A stretch of DNA of 64,000 nt, from positions 27,661 through 91,660 of the forward strand of contig JBBDKM010000029.1 of assembly GCA_040879385.1 (NCBI GenBank). The letters run 5' to 3'. The translations under genes and the position numbers were made by a program. This stretch comes from Thermoanaerobaculia bacterium. GTDB taxonomy: Bacteria; Acidobacteriota; Thermoanaerobaculia; UBA5066; Gp7-AA6. The notes below the pieces were generated by a model. The model saw only the letters and a list, made by a program, of their open reading frames with translations, had not been told where the DNA came from and did no database searches. Positions 26,360-34,858 of the stretch are shown piece by piece. Each line of letters opens with the position of its first letter. Positions within the stretch are counted from its first letter, which is position 1.

Positions 26360-27958
26360 TCAGCTCCACAGCGCCTCGGCCGAAAGGATCTCCAGGTCCT
26401 TCTGCAGGACCTCCTCGGCGCGCTCCGTGGGAACCGCGCGGAACGCCGCGGAGCGATCGAAGACGCGCTCGAAGAGGCCCGATTTCTTGCGCGCCGCCGA
26501 GAGCTCCGGCTCGCAGTCGGCCCGGGCGCTCGCCTCGAACTCGATCTTGCGCGACCGCACGCGGCAGGACACGCCCGTGACGACCTGGCGGTGGCTCCGG
26601 TCCAGACCGTCGGCGATCCGGAGGATCGCGGCGAGCTTCTCGACCGCGGCCTGCAGATACGGGTTGAGGCGGCGCCAGTTGTCGTGGGAGGCCCTGGGCC
26701 GCCCGCCCTTGTGATAGCGCGCGAGAGACGCCAGCACCTCGATCTCGTCGGCCGAGAAGCCCGTCAGGTCTCCGTGCGTGATCAGGTAATAGGAGTGCCT
26801 CTGGTGCTTCGAGTAGCCGATGTAGCAACCAATGTCGTGGAGCAGCGCCCCGTACTGGAGCCACTCCCGCTCGGCCGCCGTCAACTGGTGAAGCGCGTGC
26901 GTCTGGTCGAAGATCTCCAGCGCGAGGCGCGCGACGTGCGCCGCGTGGAGAACCTCGGCGTTGCCGCGCCGGAGCAACCGGTCGACACTGCGAGCCCGCA
27001 TGTCGCGGTTGACGGGGATGCGCGTCTCGCCGTGCCGCGCCACGTAGTCGAGCAGCAGGCCCTCCCGGAGGCCCCGCTCCCCGACGAGAATCGCGTCGGC
27101 TCCGGTGCGCTTGAGGACCCAGGCGAGCAGGATGCCGCCCGGGACGGCGATGTCGCGCCGCCGCGGATCGAGGCCGGGGACGCGGAGCTTCTCCTTCTCG
27201 GTCGTCTTGCGCAGAAGGCGGTTGACCTTCTTCAGGCCGGCGCGCGTGAGGGTGCGGTGGCCGGTGGGGCTCGGCTCCCGGCCGAGCACCGCGGCCTCGT
27301 GGACGAGCGAGAGCGATTGGATCGTGCCGGAGGAGCCCACGCAGGTCTTGAAGCCTTTCTTTCGCACGGCGTCGGCGGCGCGCCGGCCCACCCGCCGGAT
27401 CGCCTTCTTCATCGCCTTCCGGTCCTTGTCCGAAGGGGGATCGTTGCGGCCAAAGCGGTCGACGAGGCGAACGACGCCGAGGGGCAGGCTCTCGGTCGAG
27501 AGCACGCGCGAGCCGTCGGAGATGACGAGCTCGGTCGAGCCGCCGCCGATGTCCACGAGGAAGAGCGGGTCCTGCTGGGCGGGGAACTCGCTCCGGAGAG
27601 CGAGGTTGATCAGCCGCGCCTCCTCCTCTCCGGAGATGACGTCGACGCGCACGCCGGTGCGCTTCTTGACCGCCTGGACGAAGTCGTCCGCGTTGGCGGA
27701 CTCCCGCACGGCGCAGGTGGCCACGGCCCGGACAACCTCCGCGCCGGAGGACTCGGCGAGCTTGACCAGGTGCTCGACGGTCGACGCTCCCGCTTCGATG
27801 GCCTCGGGCGACAGGCGCCCCGTCCGGAGCGTCTCGCTGCCCAGGCGAACCATGGCCTTCTCGCGCGACAGGACCTCGAGGGTTCCGTCGTCCTCCACGT
27901 TGGCGACCAGCAGCTTGATGCTGTTGGTGCCGATGTCGATGGCGGCGAGGGTCCGCAT
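26360..27958 (-). CDS. ppx: exopolyphosphatase Ppx/GppA family with C-terminal HD domain
   Basis: Starts MRTLAAIDIGTNSIKLLV. Also DIGGGSTE, GSSGT and ALLHDIG. The upstream part of the track ORF is artefact. Confidence 0.95.
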   Translation of the reverse strand: MRTLAAIDIGTNSIKLLVANVEDDGTLEVLSREKAMVRLGSETLRTGRLSPEAIEAGASTVEHLVKLAESSGAEVVRAVATCAVRESANADDFVQAVKKRTGVRVDVISGEEEARLINLALRSEFPAQQDPLFLVDIGGGSTELVISDGSRVLSTESLPLGVVRLVDRFGRNDPPSDKDRKAMKKAIRRVGRRAADAVRKKGFKTCVGSSGTIQSLSLVHEAAVLGREPSPTGHRTLTRAGLKKVNRLLRKTTEKEKLRVPGLDPRRRDIAVPGGILLAWVLKRTGADAILVGERGLREGLLLDYVARHGETRIPVNRDMRARSVDRLLRRGNAEVLHAAHVARLALEIFDQTHALHQLTAAEREWLQYGALLHDIGCYIGYSKHQRHSYYLITHGDLTGFSADEIEVLASLARYHKGGRPRASHDNWRRLNPYLQAAVEKLAAILRIADGLDRSHRQVVTGVSCRVRSRKIEFEASARADCEPELSAARKKSGLFERVFDRSAAFRAVPTERAEEVLQKDLEILSAEALWS

Positions 27959-27994
27959 GGAGGCCTCATTCTCCCGGGGAGGCGGCGGGACACC

Positions 27995-28022
27995 GTGAAG
28001 ACGGTGTGAAGAGCGCGTGAAG
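27995..28022 (-). promoter_or_regulatory. putative Pho box array: three perfect CTTCAC hexamers at exact 11-bp spacing in the ppx / CHAD divergent promoter
   Basis: Plus strand reads GTGAAG at 27995, 28006 and 28017. On the ppx coding strand this is CTTCAC-N5-CTTCAC-N5-CTTCAC. Putative -10 GAGAAT (27968..27973) lies 9 nt before the ppx ATG. Confidence 0.65.
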
Positions 28023-28058
28023 CGGCTTTCCGGTTTCGTCTCACTATAATAGCGCCCC

Positions 28059-28868
28059 GTGCGCGAACCCGCCTCGCTCTGGAAGCTCCGCGCCGCGTCC
28101 CTGGAACGGGCGCGCAAGGCGCTCGAGCGCGGCGACCCCGAGGGCCTCCACGATCTGCGCGTCGCGCTCCGGCGGCTGAGTGCCACCGCGAGCGCGCTCG
28201 GAAAGAAGCGCCTCTCGCGCGAGGCCCGCGCGATGGCGCGCTCTCTGGCGCCGCAGCGTCAGCTCGAGGTCGACCGTCAGCTTCTCGCGCGGGTCGGACG
28301 TCTTGGTTTTCTCTCACCGGACGCCGTGACCGCGCTCGCGGCGCGCTGGGAGAAGCTGGCCGCCCGCGGCGACCGCCGCCTCGCGCGCGCCGGCGACGGG
28401 CGAGCGATCCACGGCCTCGTCCGGAGCGTCGGCCGCCTCGCGCACCGGAAGAGGAGTCCAGGCGCGGATCGCATCGCGCGCGCCCGCCGGCGCGCCGAAG
28501 AATCTCTCGGACGGTCGCTCGAGGGCCGGGACGACGCGGCGCTTCACCGTTATCGCCTCGCGGTCAAGAAGGCGCGCTACCTGGCCGAGGACCTCTACGC
28601 CATGGGCCTCGCCGAGTGGAAGACGCACGCGGCGCGCGAGAGGGCCCTGCAGGAGACCCTCGGCCGCTGGAACGACCTGAGAATGTTCTGCCGCCGCCTC
28701 GCCGAGAGTCGCGTGGAAGCCGAGGAGCGCGGCTCGATCGGGCTCGCCTCGGAGCTCGAGCACCTCCTCGCGGCTCTCGAGCCGGCGATCGCCTCGGTCC
28801 GAGGCAGCGCCGTCGAGGCGTCCCGCCAGACGGCCAGCGTCGTGCCGATCACGCTTCGGTCCGCCTAG
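28059..28868 (+). CDS. CHAD domain-containing protein (second copy)
   Basis: LHDLRVALRRLSATASAL and LHRYRLAVKKARYLAEDL conserved-His helices. The GTG start lies 8 nt after a perfect TATAAT. Confidence 0.8.
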   Translation: MREPASLWKLRAASLERARKALERGDPEGLHDLRVALRRLSATASALGKKRLSREARAMARSLAPQRQLEVDRQLLARVGRLGFLSPDAVTALAARWEKLAARGDRRLARAGDGRAIHGLVRSVGRLAHRKRSPGADRIARARRRAEESLGRSLEGRDDAALHRYRLAVKKARYLAEDLYAMGLAEWKTHAARERALQETLGRWNDLRMFCRRLAESRVEAEERGSIGLASELEHLLAALEPAIASVRGSAVEASRQTASVVPITLRSA

Positions 28869-28968
28869 ACCGGCCCCGGCCCGTCCCGCCCGCCGGCAGG
28901 CACGCACCGAAAGAGAGAAAGAGGCAACTCCGGGTACAATAGAGAGCCTCTCCAGCAAAAGTTTTAAC

Positions 28969-30765
28969 ATGAGCTTCCCGACCGACAGCGGCGGAAAAGA
29001 GCGGCCGGACGACGCGCGCACAGACGACACTCAGTCCACGCGCGCCCGGGTCAGCACGGGGCCCTTCTCCGACCCGGAGTTTCGCCGTTTGATCGGACAG
29101 TCGCCGGTCGGAACCTACGTGATCCAGGACGAGCGGTACCGCTACGCCAACCCGAAGCTCACCGCCCTTCTCGGCTACTCGGAGCAGGACCTCCTCGGCT
29201 TTTCCTCCATCACCTCTCTCGTGGCCCCCGAAGACCGGGCCGCGGTCCTCGCGCGGATCCAGCGAGCCCTCGCCGGCGTACCGTCCGACGGCCCGTACGG
29301 CTTCGGGATGATCCGGCGGGACGGGGAGCGGATCGAGGTGGAGGTCTACGAGTCCGCGGCGGAATCGGCGGGGCGGACCGCGATCGTCGGGACGCTCCTC
29401 GATGTCACCGAGCGCCGGCGTGCCGAGGCGCACAACGTGGACCGGGCGTTCGTCGACCCGCTGACGAAGCTCCCCAATCGGGTCCGCTTCATGGAAAGAC
29501 TGGAGCTCGAGCTGGCGCAGGCGCGGCGGCACGAGCGCCGGCTCGCGATCGTCTCGCTGAACCTCGACCGGTTCAAGTTCATCAACGATCACTTCGGACA
29601 TTCCGTGGCGGACCATCTGCTGCAGTCTCTGGCCCTGCGCCTCAAACGGGGAGTCCGGGAAGTGGACGTGGTCGCGCGCGTCGCCGGGGACGAGTTCCTC
29701 GTCCTGGTTCCCGACCTGCGCCGGAGCGCGGACATGGGCCGGTTCGCCCAGAAGCTGCTCTCGCTGACCGCCCGACCGTTCGAGTTCAACGGCCGCACGA
29801 TCGAGGTCACGTCCTCGATCGGCGTGGCGACGTACCCCGACGACGGCCAGGACGCCGACACGCTCCTGCGCAGCGCCGACGCCGCGATGGACCGGGCCAA
29901 GGAGCTCGGCAGCAACAACTTTCAGCTCTGCACGCCCGAGCTGACCGCCATGGCCTTCGAGCGGCTGGACCTGCAGAACGGCCTGCGGCTCGCCCTGGAC
30001 CGCGAGGAGCTCGTTCTGCACTACCAGCCGCTCGTGAGCCTGCACACGGGGAGGATCGTGGGTCTCGAGGCCCTCGTCCGCTGGCAGCACCCGCAGCGCG
30101 GGCTCGTCATGCCCGGAGCGTTCATTCCGGCGGCCGAAGAAACCGGGCTCATCCTGCCGCTCGGGGAGTGGGTCCTCGCCACCGCCTGCAAGCAGCTGAA
30201 GGCCTGGGACGAGACGGGGCTGGGCCTGCGGATGGCCGTCAACTTCTCGGCCCGCCAGTTCCGGGAGCGCGGCCTCGTCCAGACCGTGGAAAGAGCGGTT
30301 TCGGAGGCGGGGCTCGAGCCCCGGAACCTGGAGATCGAGATCACCGAGTCGATCGCGATGGAGGGCGCCGAGATCGTCGTCACGAACCTGAATCAGCTGC
30401 GCGCCATGGGCGTCGGGATCGCGATCGACGACTTCGGCACGGGCTACTCGTCGCTGAGCTACCTCAAGCGCTACCCGATCACCTCGCTGAAGATCGACCG
30501 CTCGTTCGTGTCGGATCTCCCGACCAATCCGGCGGACGCCGGCATCGTGCGGGCGATCGTGGCGCTGGCCCACGGTTCCAACCTGAGCGTCATCGGGGAA
30601 GGGGTGGAGACGAAGGAGCAGTTCCTCCGACTGCAGGAGTACGGCTGCGACGAGATGCAGGGCTACTGGGTCAGCCGGCCCCTGCCGGAGGAGGGCGTCA
30701 CGCAGCGCCTGACCGACGAGATCGCACTCTGGAAGCAGGGAGACCCGCGCACCCCTACGCCGTAG
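28969..30765 (+). CDS. PAS-GGDEF-EAL cyclic-di-GMP signalling protein
   Basis: PAS region, then the GGDEF domain (RVAGDEFLVL), then the EAL domain (EALVRWQHP, DDFGTGYSSLSYL, EGVET). Confidence 0.95.
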   Translation: MSFPTDSGGKERPDDARTDDTQSTRARVSTGPFSDPEFRRLIGQSPVGTYVIQDERYRYANPKLTALLGYSEQDLLGFSSITSLVAPEDRAAVLARIQRALAGVPSDGPYGFGMIRRDGERIEVEVYESAAESAGRTAIVGTLLDVTERRRAEAHNVDRAFVDPLTKLPNRVRFMERLELELAQARRHERRLAIVSLNLDRFKFINDHFGHSVADHLLQSLALRLKRGVREVDVVARVAGDEFLVLVPDLRRSADMGRFAQKLLSLTARPFEFNGRTIEVTSSIGVATYPDDGQDADTLLRSADAAMDRAKELGSNNFQLCTPELTAMAFERLDLQNGLRLALDREELVLHYQPLVSLHTGRIVGLEALVRWQHPQRGLVMPGAFIPAAEETGLILPLGEWVLATACKQLKAWDETGLGLRMAVNFSARQFRERGLVQTVERAVSEAGLEPRNLEIEITESIAMEGAEIVVTNLNQLRAMGVGIAIDDFGTGYSSLSYLKRYPITSLKIDRSFVSDLPTNPADAGIVRAIVALAHGSNLSVIGEGVETKEQFLRLQEYGCDEMQGYWVSRPLPEEGVTQRLTDEIALWKQGDPRTPTP

Positions 30766-31873
30766 CGAGCCCCGCCTTCAGGTCGGACGCGAGCAGCCGG
30801 TGGAACAGGTGCTCGCCCCCCTCGCGGCGCACCGAGAGCCGCCCCGCTCGGTAGGCGCGCGACCCGAGGCCCCGCTGGACCGAATCGCAAATCGCCAGGT
30901 CCTCGTCCTGCACCCGGTTGCCGACATCGATCGAGGCTTTGTTCTTCGCGATCGCCTCGGGTGTCGAGACGTCGGTGAAGTAGAAGTCGAAAATGACCTC
31001 GGCCTTGCCCGCGCCGAGCGGGCGGACGAGGTTGGTGTCCATGACCCCCTCGTACCAGTTGATCATGAAGTTCGGGTAGAGCCAGTAGTAGAGCGCCCGG
31101 TCGCCGCCGCGCACCGCCGCGACGTCGCCGTCGGCGTTCGAGTGGTCGATGGGGCTCCACTGCAGACACCAGTTCTGGCCGGTCTCGATCATGTACTGGC
31201 TGTAGTCGAGGACGGAGGAGAGGCTCTTGTGGAGATGCGGCACGTGATACCCGCCGTCGAGGTAGTTGTCGACGAACACCTTCCAGTTGCACTCGAAGGT
31301 CCAGCGCCGCCGCTCCACGAAGTGGAAACGGGCGAGGTCGAGCTTCGCAAACTGGCCGACGAGGGGCCCGAGCGACTCTTCGAGCGGCGGGCCGCCCGGC
31401 TCGAGCCGGACGAAGACGAACTTCTCCCAGCTCGCCGTCTCGACCGGCATCAATCCGCTCTTCGCCTTGTCGAAGCCGCACACGCCGGCGAAATCCGGCG
31501 TGCCCTTGAGCTCCCCGGCGAGCGAATACGTCCAGCCGTGGTAGGGGCAGCGCAGCATCGGGGCCTTCCCCTCCTCCTCCGTCATCACGGCCGCCGCGTG
31601 GTGCCGGCACACGTTGAAGAAGCCGCGCAGCGTCCCGTCCTCGCCGCGCACGACGACGATCGGCTCGCCGGCGAGGACAGTCGTGATGTACTGGCCGGGC
31701 TTCTCGAGCTGGTCGAGACGGCCGACCATCTGCCAGGTCCGCGAGAAGACGGTCCGACGCTCGAGCTGTGCGATCCGGTCGTCGACGTACCAGGGCGCCG
31801 GGATCGTCCAGGCCTCCTCGAGCGGGGCCCGCGAGTCGTAGGCGCCCAGGATCTCTTCGACCGACGGTTCCAT
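30755..31873 (-). CDS. Rieske [2Fe-2S] non-haem iron oxygenase alpha subunit (choline monooxygenase / GbcA / CntA-like class)
   Basis: Rieske motif CRHHAAAV...RCPYHGWTY. Mononuclear-iron region FVDNYLDGGYHVPHLH. RBS GGGAGG. No reductase or ferredoxin partner in the window. Confidence 0.9.
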   Translation of the reverse strand: MEPSVEEILGAYDSRAPLEEAWTIPAPWYVDDRIAQLERRTVFSRTWQMVGRLDQLEKPGQYITTVLAGEPIVVVRGEDGTLRGFFNVCRHHAAAVMTEEEGKAPMLRCPYHGWTYSLAGELKGTPDFAGVCGFDKAKSGLMPVETASWEKFVFVRLEPGGPPLEESLGPLVGQFAKLDLARFHFVERRRWTFECNWKVFVDNYLDGGYHVPHLHKSLSSVLDYSQYMIETGQNWCLQWSPIDHSNADGDVAAVRGGDRALYYWLYPNFMINWYEGVMDTNLVRPLGAGKAEVIFDFYFTDVSTPEAIAKNKASIDVGNRVQDEDLAICDSVQRGLGSRAYRAGRLSVRREGGEHLFHRLLASDLKAGLATA

Positions 31874-31904
31874 GAGTCCTCCCGATCGGGTTTCAGCGCG
31901 GCTG

Positions 31905-33110
31905 TCAGCGCACGGGCGTTGCGGTCTTCCTCGGAGGATTGAAGAACGGCAGCTTCACGACGGTCGCCGGAACGCGGTGGCGCACGGCTTCGACCGTGAC
32001 CTCCATCTCGAGGCGAGTCCCGACGGCGTTGGAGCCGCGGGCGACGGTCGCGAGCGCGATCATCTTCTTCAGCGTCGGAGACCAGGTCGTCGACGTCGCC
32101 TTCCCGACCTGCTCGCCCTCGCGGTAGACGGGCACGGAGACGCGGGAGGCCGCCGCCGGGATCTGCGGGGCCAGGTTCAGCCGTTCGTAGATCGCCTCGA
32201 CGGCGTTCCAGTCGAGCTCGAGGCCCACGATCTCGCGAGCCGGCCCCGTCTTCGCCTCCGCGCGGAGCGCGCCCTGGCCCACGAAGCGGCCCTTGTCCAG
32301 CGCGACGAGCCTCGCAAGCCCCATCTCGAAGGGCGTGTACTTCTGCGGCCCGATCAGGGCTTTCTTGGAGCTGTTGAAGTCCACGTCGATCAGGAGGAGG
32401 CCAGCCTCGATGCGCGAGACGTCGAGCGCCAGCATGCCGGCCGCGTGAACGTCGAAAGCCTTGCCCTTGCTCCAGAGCTCGTCCCACACCCTCACGGCGT
32501 CCTTCCACGGGATCCAGATCTCGTAGCCGAGGTCGCCCGTGTAGCCGGTCCGCGAGATGTCGACGGGGACCCCGGCGATCTTTCCGGAGGTCACCTTGAA
32601 GTACTTGAGGTTCTCGATGTCGGCCTCGGCGATCGCCTTCAGCATCCGCCCGGACGTCGGCCCCTGGAGGGCGACCGCCGCGACCTCCTCGGAGATCTCC
32701 GTGATCGCGACATCGAGGCCGAGCGCGTTCTGTTTGAACCAGCGCAGGCTCGGATCGGCCGCGGTCCAGCGGTACGTGTTCTCCGCCAGGCGTGCCACCG
32801 TGCCGTCGTCGATCACCTTGCCGTGCCCGTCGCACCAGGGCGTGTAGATGACCGATCCGACCGAGACCTTCCGGAGATCGCGCGTCACGATGCGGTCGAC
32901 CAGGCGCGTCGCGTCCTTGCCCGAGATCCGGTACTTGAAGAGCGGCGAGATGTCGATCAGCGCCGCGGCGTTGCGGATGGCATTGTACTCGTGCTCGTGG
33001 TGCGCCTCGTAGGCGGAGACCGCGTAGTAGCCCGACCACTCGCGAAAGTTCAGGCTCTCGCAGAGCGGAAACGTTCTCTCGTGTAAGGCGGTCCCGATCG
33101 GCACAGGCAA
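31905..33110 (-). CDS. aminomethyltransferase (GcvT) family protein, folate-dependent demethylase-like
   Basis: 401 aa: ...HEYNAIRNAAALIDISPLFKYRISGKDA..., GYTGDLGYEIWIP. TTG at 33110; an in-frame GTG at 33104 has better spacing to GAGG. Confidence 0.9.
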   Translation of the reverse strand: MPVPIGTALHERTFPLCESLNFREWSGYYAVSAYEAHHEHEYNAIRNAAALIDISPLFKYRISGKDATRLVDRIVTRDLRKVSVGSVIYTPWCDGHGKVIDDGTVARLAENTYRWTAADPSLRWFKQNALGLDVAITEISEEVAAVALQGPTSGRMLKAIAEADIENLKYFKVTSGKIAGVPVDISRTGYTGDLGYEIWIPWKDAVRVWDELWSKGKAFDVHAAGMLALDVSRIEAGLLLIDVDFNSSKKALIGPQKYTPFEMGLARLVALDKGRFVGQGALRAEAKTGPAREIVGLELDWNAVEAIYERLNLAPQIPAAASRVSVPVYREGEQVGKATSTTWSPTLKKMIALATVARGSNAVGTRLEMEVTVEAVRHRVPATVVKLPFFNPPRKTATPVR

Positions 33111-33172
33111 CCTCGCAGCTCGTATCCGGTCCGCGCGGCCCGCCGGAACGCGGAGTCACGTGGACCTTGTCG

Positions 33173-33204
33173 GAGCGCGCGATTATAAGTATGCTCGCGC
33201 GCTC
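33173..33204. promoter_or_regulatory. 10-bp perfect inverted repeat flanking an AT-rich core in the divergent promoter between the GcvT-like/Rieske operon and the PYROXD2-like genes (candidate operator)
   Basis: GAGCGCGCGA-ttataagtatgc-TCGCGCGCTC. The core reads TATAAT on the minus strand and TATAAG on the plus strand. Confidence 0.5.
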
Positions 33205-33258
33205 GCGGCAAGCGGGCGGCACGAAACCACGGGTCACAAACGAGGCGAACCGAGGCGA

Positions 33259-34851
33259 ATGAGCGCGAAGTACGACGTCGTCGTGATCGGAGGCGGGCAC
33301 AACGGCCTCATCCACGCCGCTTACCTCCAGAAGGCGGGCAAGAAAGTGCTCGTTCTCGAACGTCGCCACGTCCTAGGCGGCGCCGCGGTGACCGAAGAGG
33401 TCTTCCCCGGCTTCAAGTTCTCCGTCTGCTCGTACGTCGTCTCGCTCCTGCGGCCGGAGATCATCCGGGACCTGGAGCTCCCGCGGCACGGGCTGGAGAT
33501 CCTGCCGCTCGACGGCACCTTCACGCCGATGCTCAACGGCGACCACCTCTGGCGCGTCAACGACCACGCGAAGACGCGGCGCGAGATCGCGCGCCACTCG
33601 AAGCTCGACGCGGAGGCGTACGACGAGTACGGCAAGGCGATGGCGGACATGGGCCGCTTCGTCAAGCCGATCCTCTCCATGACGCCTCCCGACCCGACGA
33701 AGCTCGACTGGAAGGGCCTCCAGGACCTGCTCTTCCTCGGCAAGCGCTTCCGCGGCCTCTCGGGCGAGGACAAGTACAACCAGATTCAGCTCATGACGAT
33801 GTCGGCGGTCGACTTCCTCGACCAGTGGTTCGAGACCGACGTCCTCAAGGCCACGATGTCGGCCTCGGGCATCATCGGCACGTTTCTCGGCGTGCGCTCG
33901 CCGGGAACTGCCTACGTGCTCCTCCACCACTACATGGGCGAGATCGACGGCGCCTTCCGCTCCTGGGGCTTCGCCCGCGGCGGCACGGGCGCCATCTCCA
34001 ACGCCATCGCCGACGCGGCCCGCGAGGCGGGTGTCGAGATCCGGACGCAGACGCCGATCGCCCGCATCCAGGTCAAGGGCGGCAAGGCCGCGGGCGTCGT
34101 CCTCGAGAACGGCGAGGAGATCGACGCGCGGGTCGTCTCGTCGAGTGTGGACCCGCGGCTGACTTTCATGAAGATGGTCGGCGAGAAGGAGCTGCCCGGC
34201 GACTTCGTCGACGACATCAAGCGCTACAAGTTCCGCGGCTCCTCGGGAAAGGTGAATCTCGCGCTCGACGCGCTGCCGGACTTCAAGTCGATCCCGGGCG
34301 CCGGCGCGCACCTGCGGGGCGCGATCTCCATCTCGCCCTCGGTCGAGTACATGGAGCGCGCCTACGACGACGCCAAGTACGGCCGCTTCTCCCGCCGCCC
34401 CTACATCGACATCGTGATCCCGACCCTGACGGACCCGTCGCTCGCTCCGCCGGGCAAGCACGTCATGTCCTGCTTCGTGCAGTACGCGCCGTACAACCTG
34501 AAAGAGAGCGACTGGGACAAGGAGAAGGAGAACTTCGGCGACACCGTCGTCGACACGATCGCGGAGCATGCGCCGAACTTCAAGAGCATCATCAAGCACC
34601 GCCAGGTCGTCACCCCGCTCGACCTCGAGCGCGAGTGGGGGCTCTCCGAGGGGAATATCTTTCAGGGCGAGCTGACCCTCGAGCAGCTCTTCTTCCTGCG
34701 CCCGGCGCCGGGCTGGGCGCAGTACCGCACGCCGATCCGGAACCTCTACATGTGCGGCTCGGCCACCCACCCGGGCGGCGGCATCATGGGCGCCAACGGC
34801 AAGAACGCCGCCTTCAAGCTCCTCGAAGACTGGAAGCGCGGGAAGGTCTAG
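33259..34851 (+). CDS. FAD-dependent oxidoreductase, phytoene-desaturase (CrtI) superfamily, PYROXD2-like
   Basis: MSAKYDVVVIGGGHNGLIHAAYLQKAGKKVLVLERRHVLGGAAVTEE... (dinucleotide-binding fold); C-terminal LYMCGSATHPGGGIMG; 530 aa. Confidence 0.9.
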   Translation: MSAKYDVVVIGGGHNGLIHAAYLQKAGKKVLVLERRHVLGGAAVTEEVFPGFKFSVCSYVVSLLRPEIIRDLELPRHGLEILPLDGTFTPMLNGDHLWRVNDHAKTRREIARHSKLDAEAYDEYGKAMADMGRFVKPILSMTPPDPTKLDWKGLQDLLFLGKRFRGLSGEDKYNQIQLMTMSAVDFLDQWFETDVLKATMSASGIIGTFLGVRSPGTAYVLLHHYMGEIDGAFRSWGFARGGTGAISNAIADAAREAGVEIRTQTPIARIQVKGGKAAGVVLENGEEIDARVVSSSVDPRLTFMKMVGEKELPGDFVDDIKRYKFRGSSGKVNLALDALPDFKSIPGAGAHLRGAISISPSVEYMERAYDDAKYGRFSRRPYIDIVIPTLTDPSLAPPGKHVMSCFVQYAPYNLKESDWDKEKENFGDTVVDTIAEHAPNFKSIIKHRQVVTPLDLEREWGLSEGNIFQGELTLEQLFFLRPAPGWAQYRTPIRNLYMCGSATHPGGGIMGANGKNAAFKLLEDWKRGKV

Positions 34852-34858
34852 ACCTCGT

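Noticed and set aside
33111-33258. Glycine riboswitch upstream of the GcvT-like gene, and a cobalamin riboswitch upstream of the mutase (40631..40693).
   Set aside because: The conserved cores, as I remember them, are not visible. The mutase leader is only 63 nt, too short for a cobalamin riboswitch.
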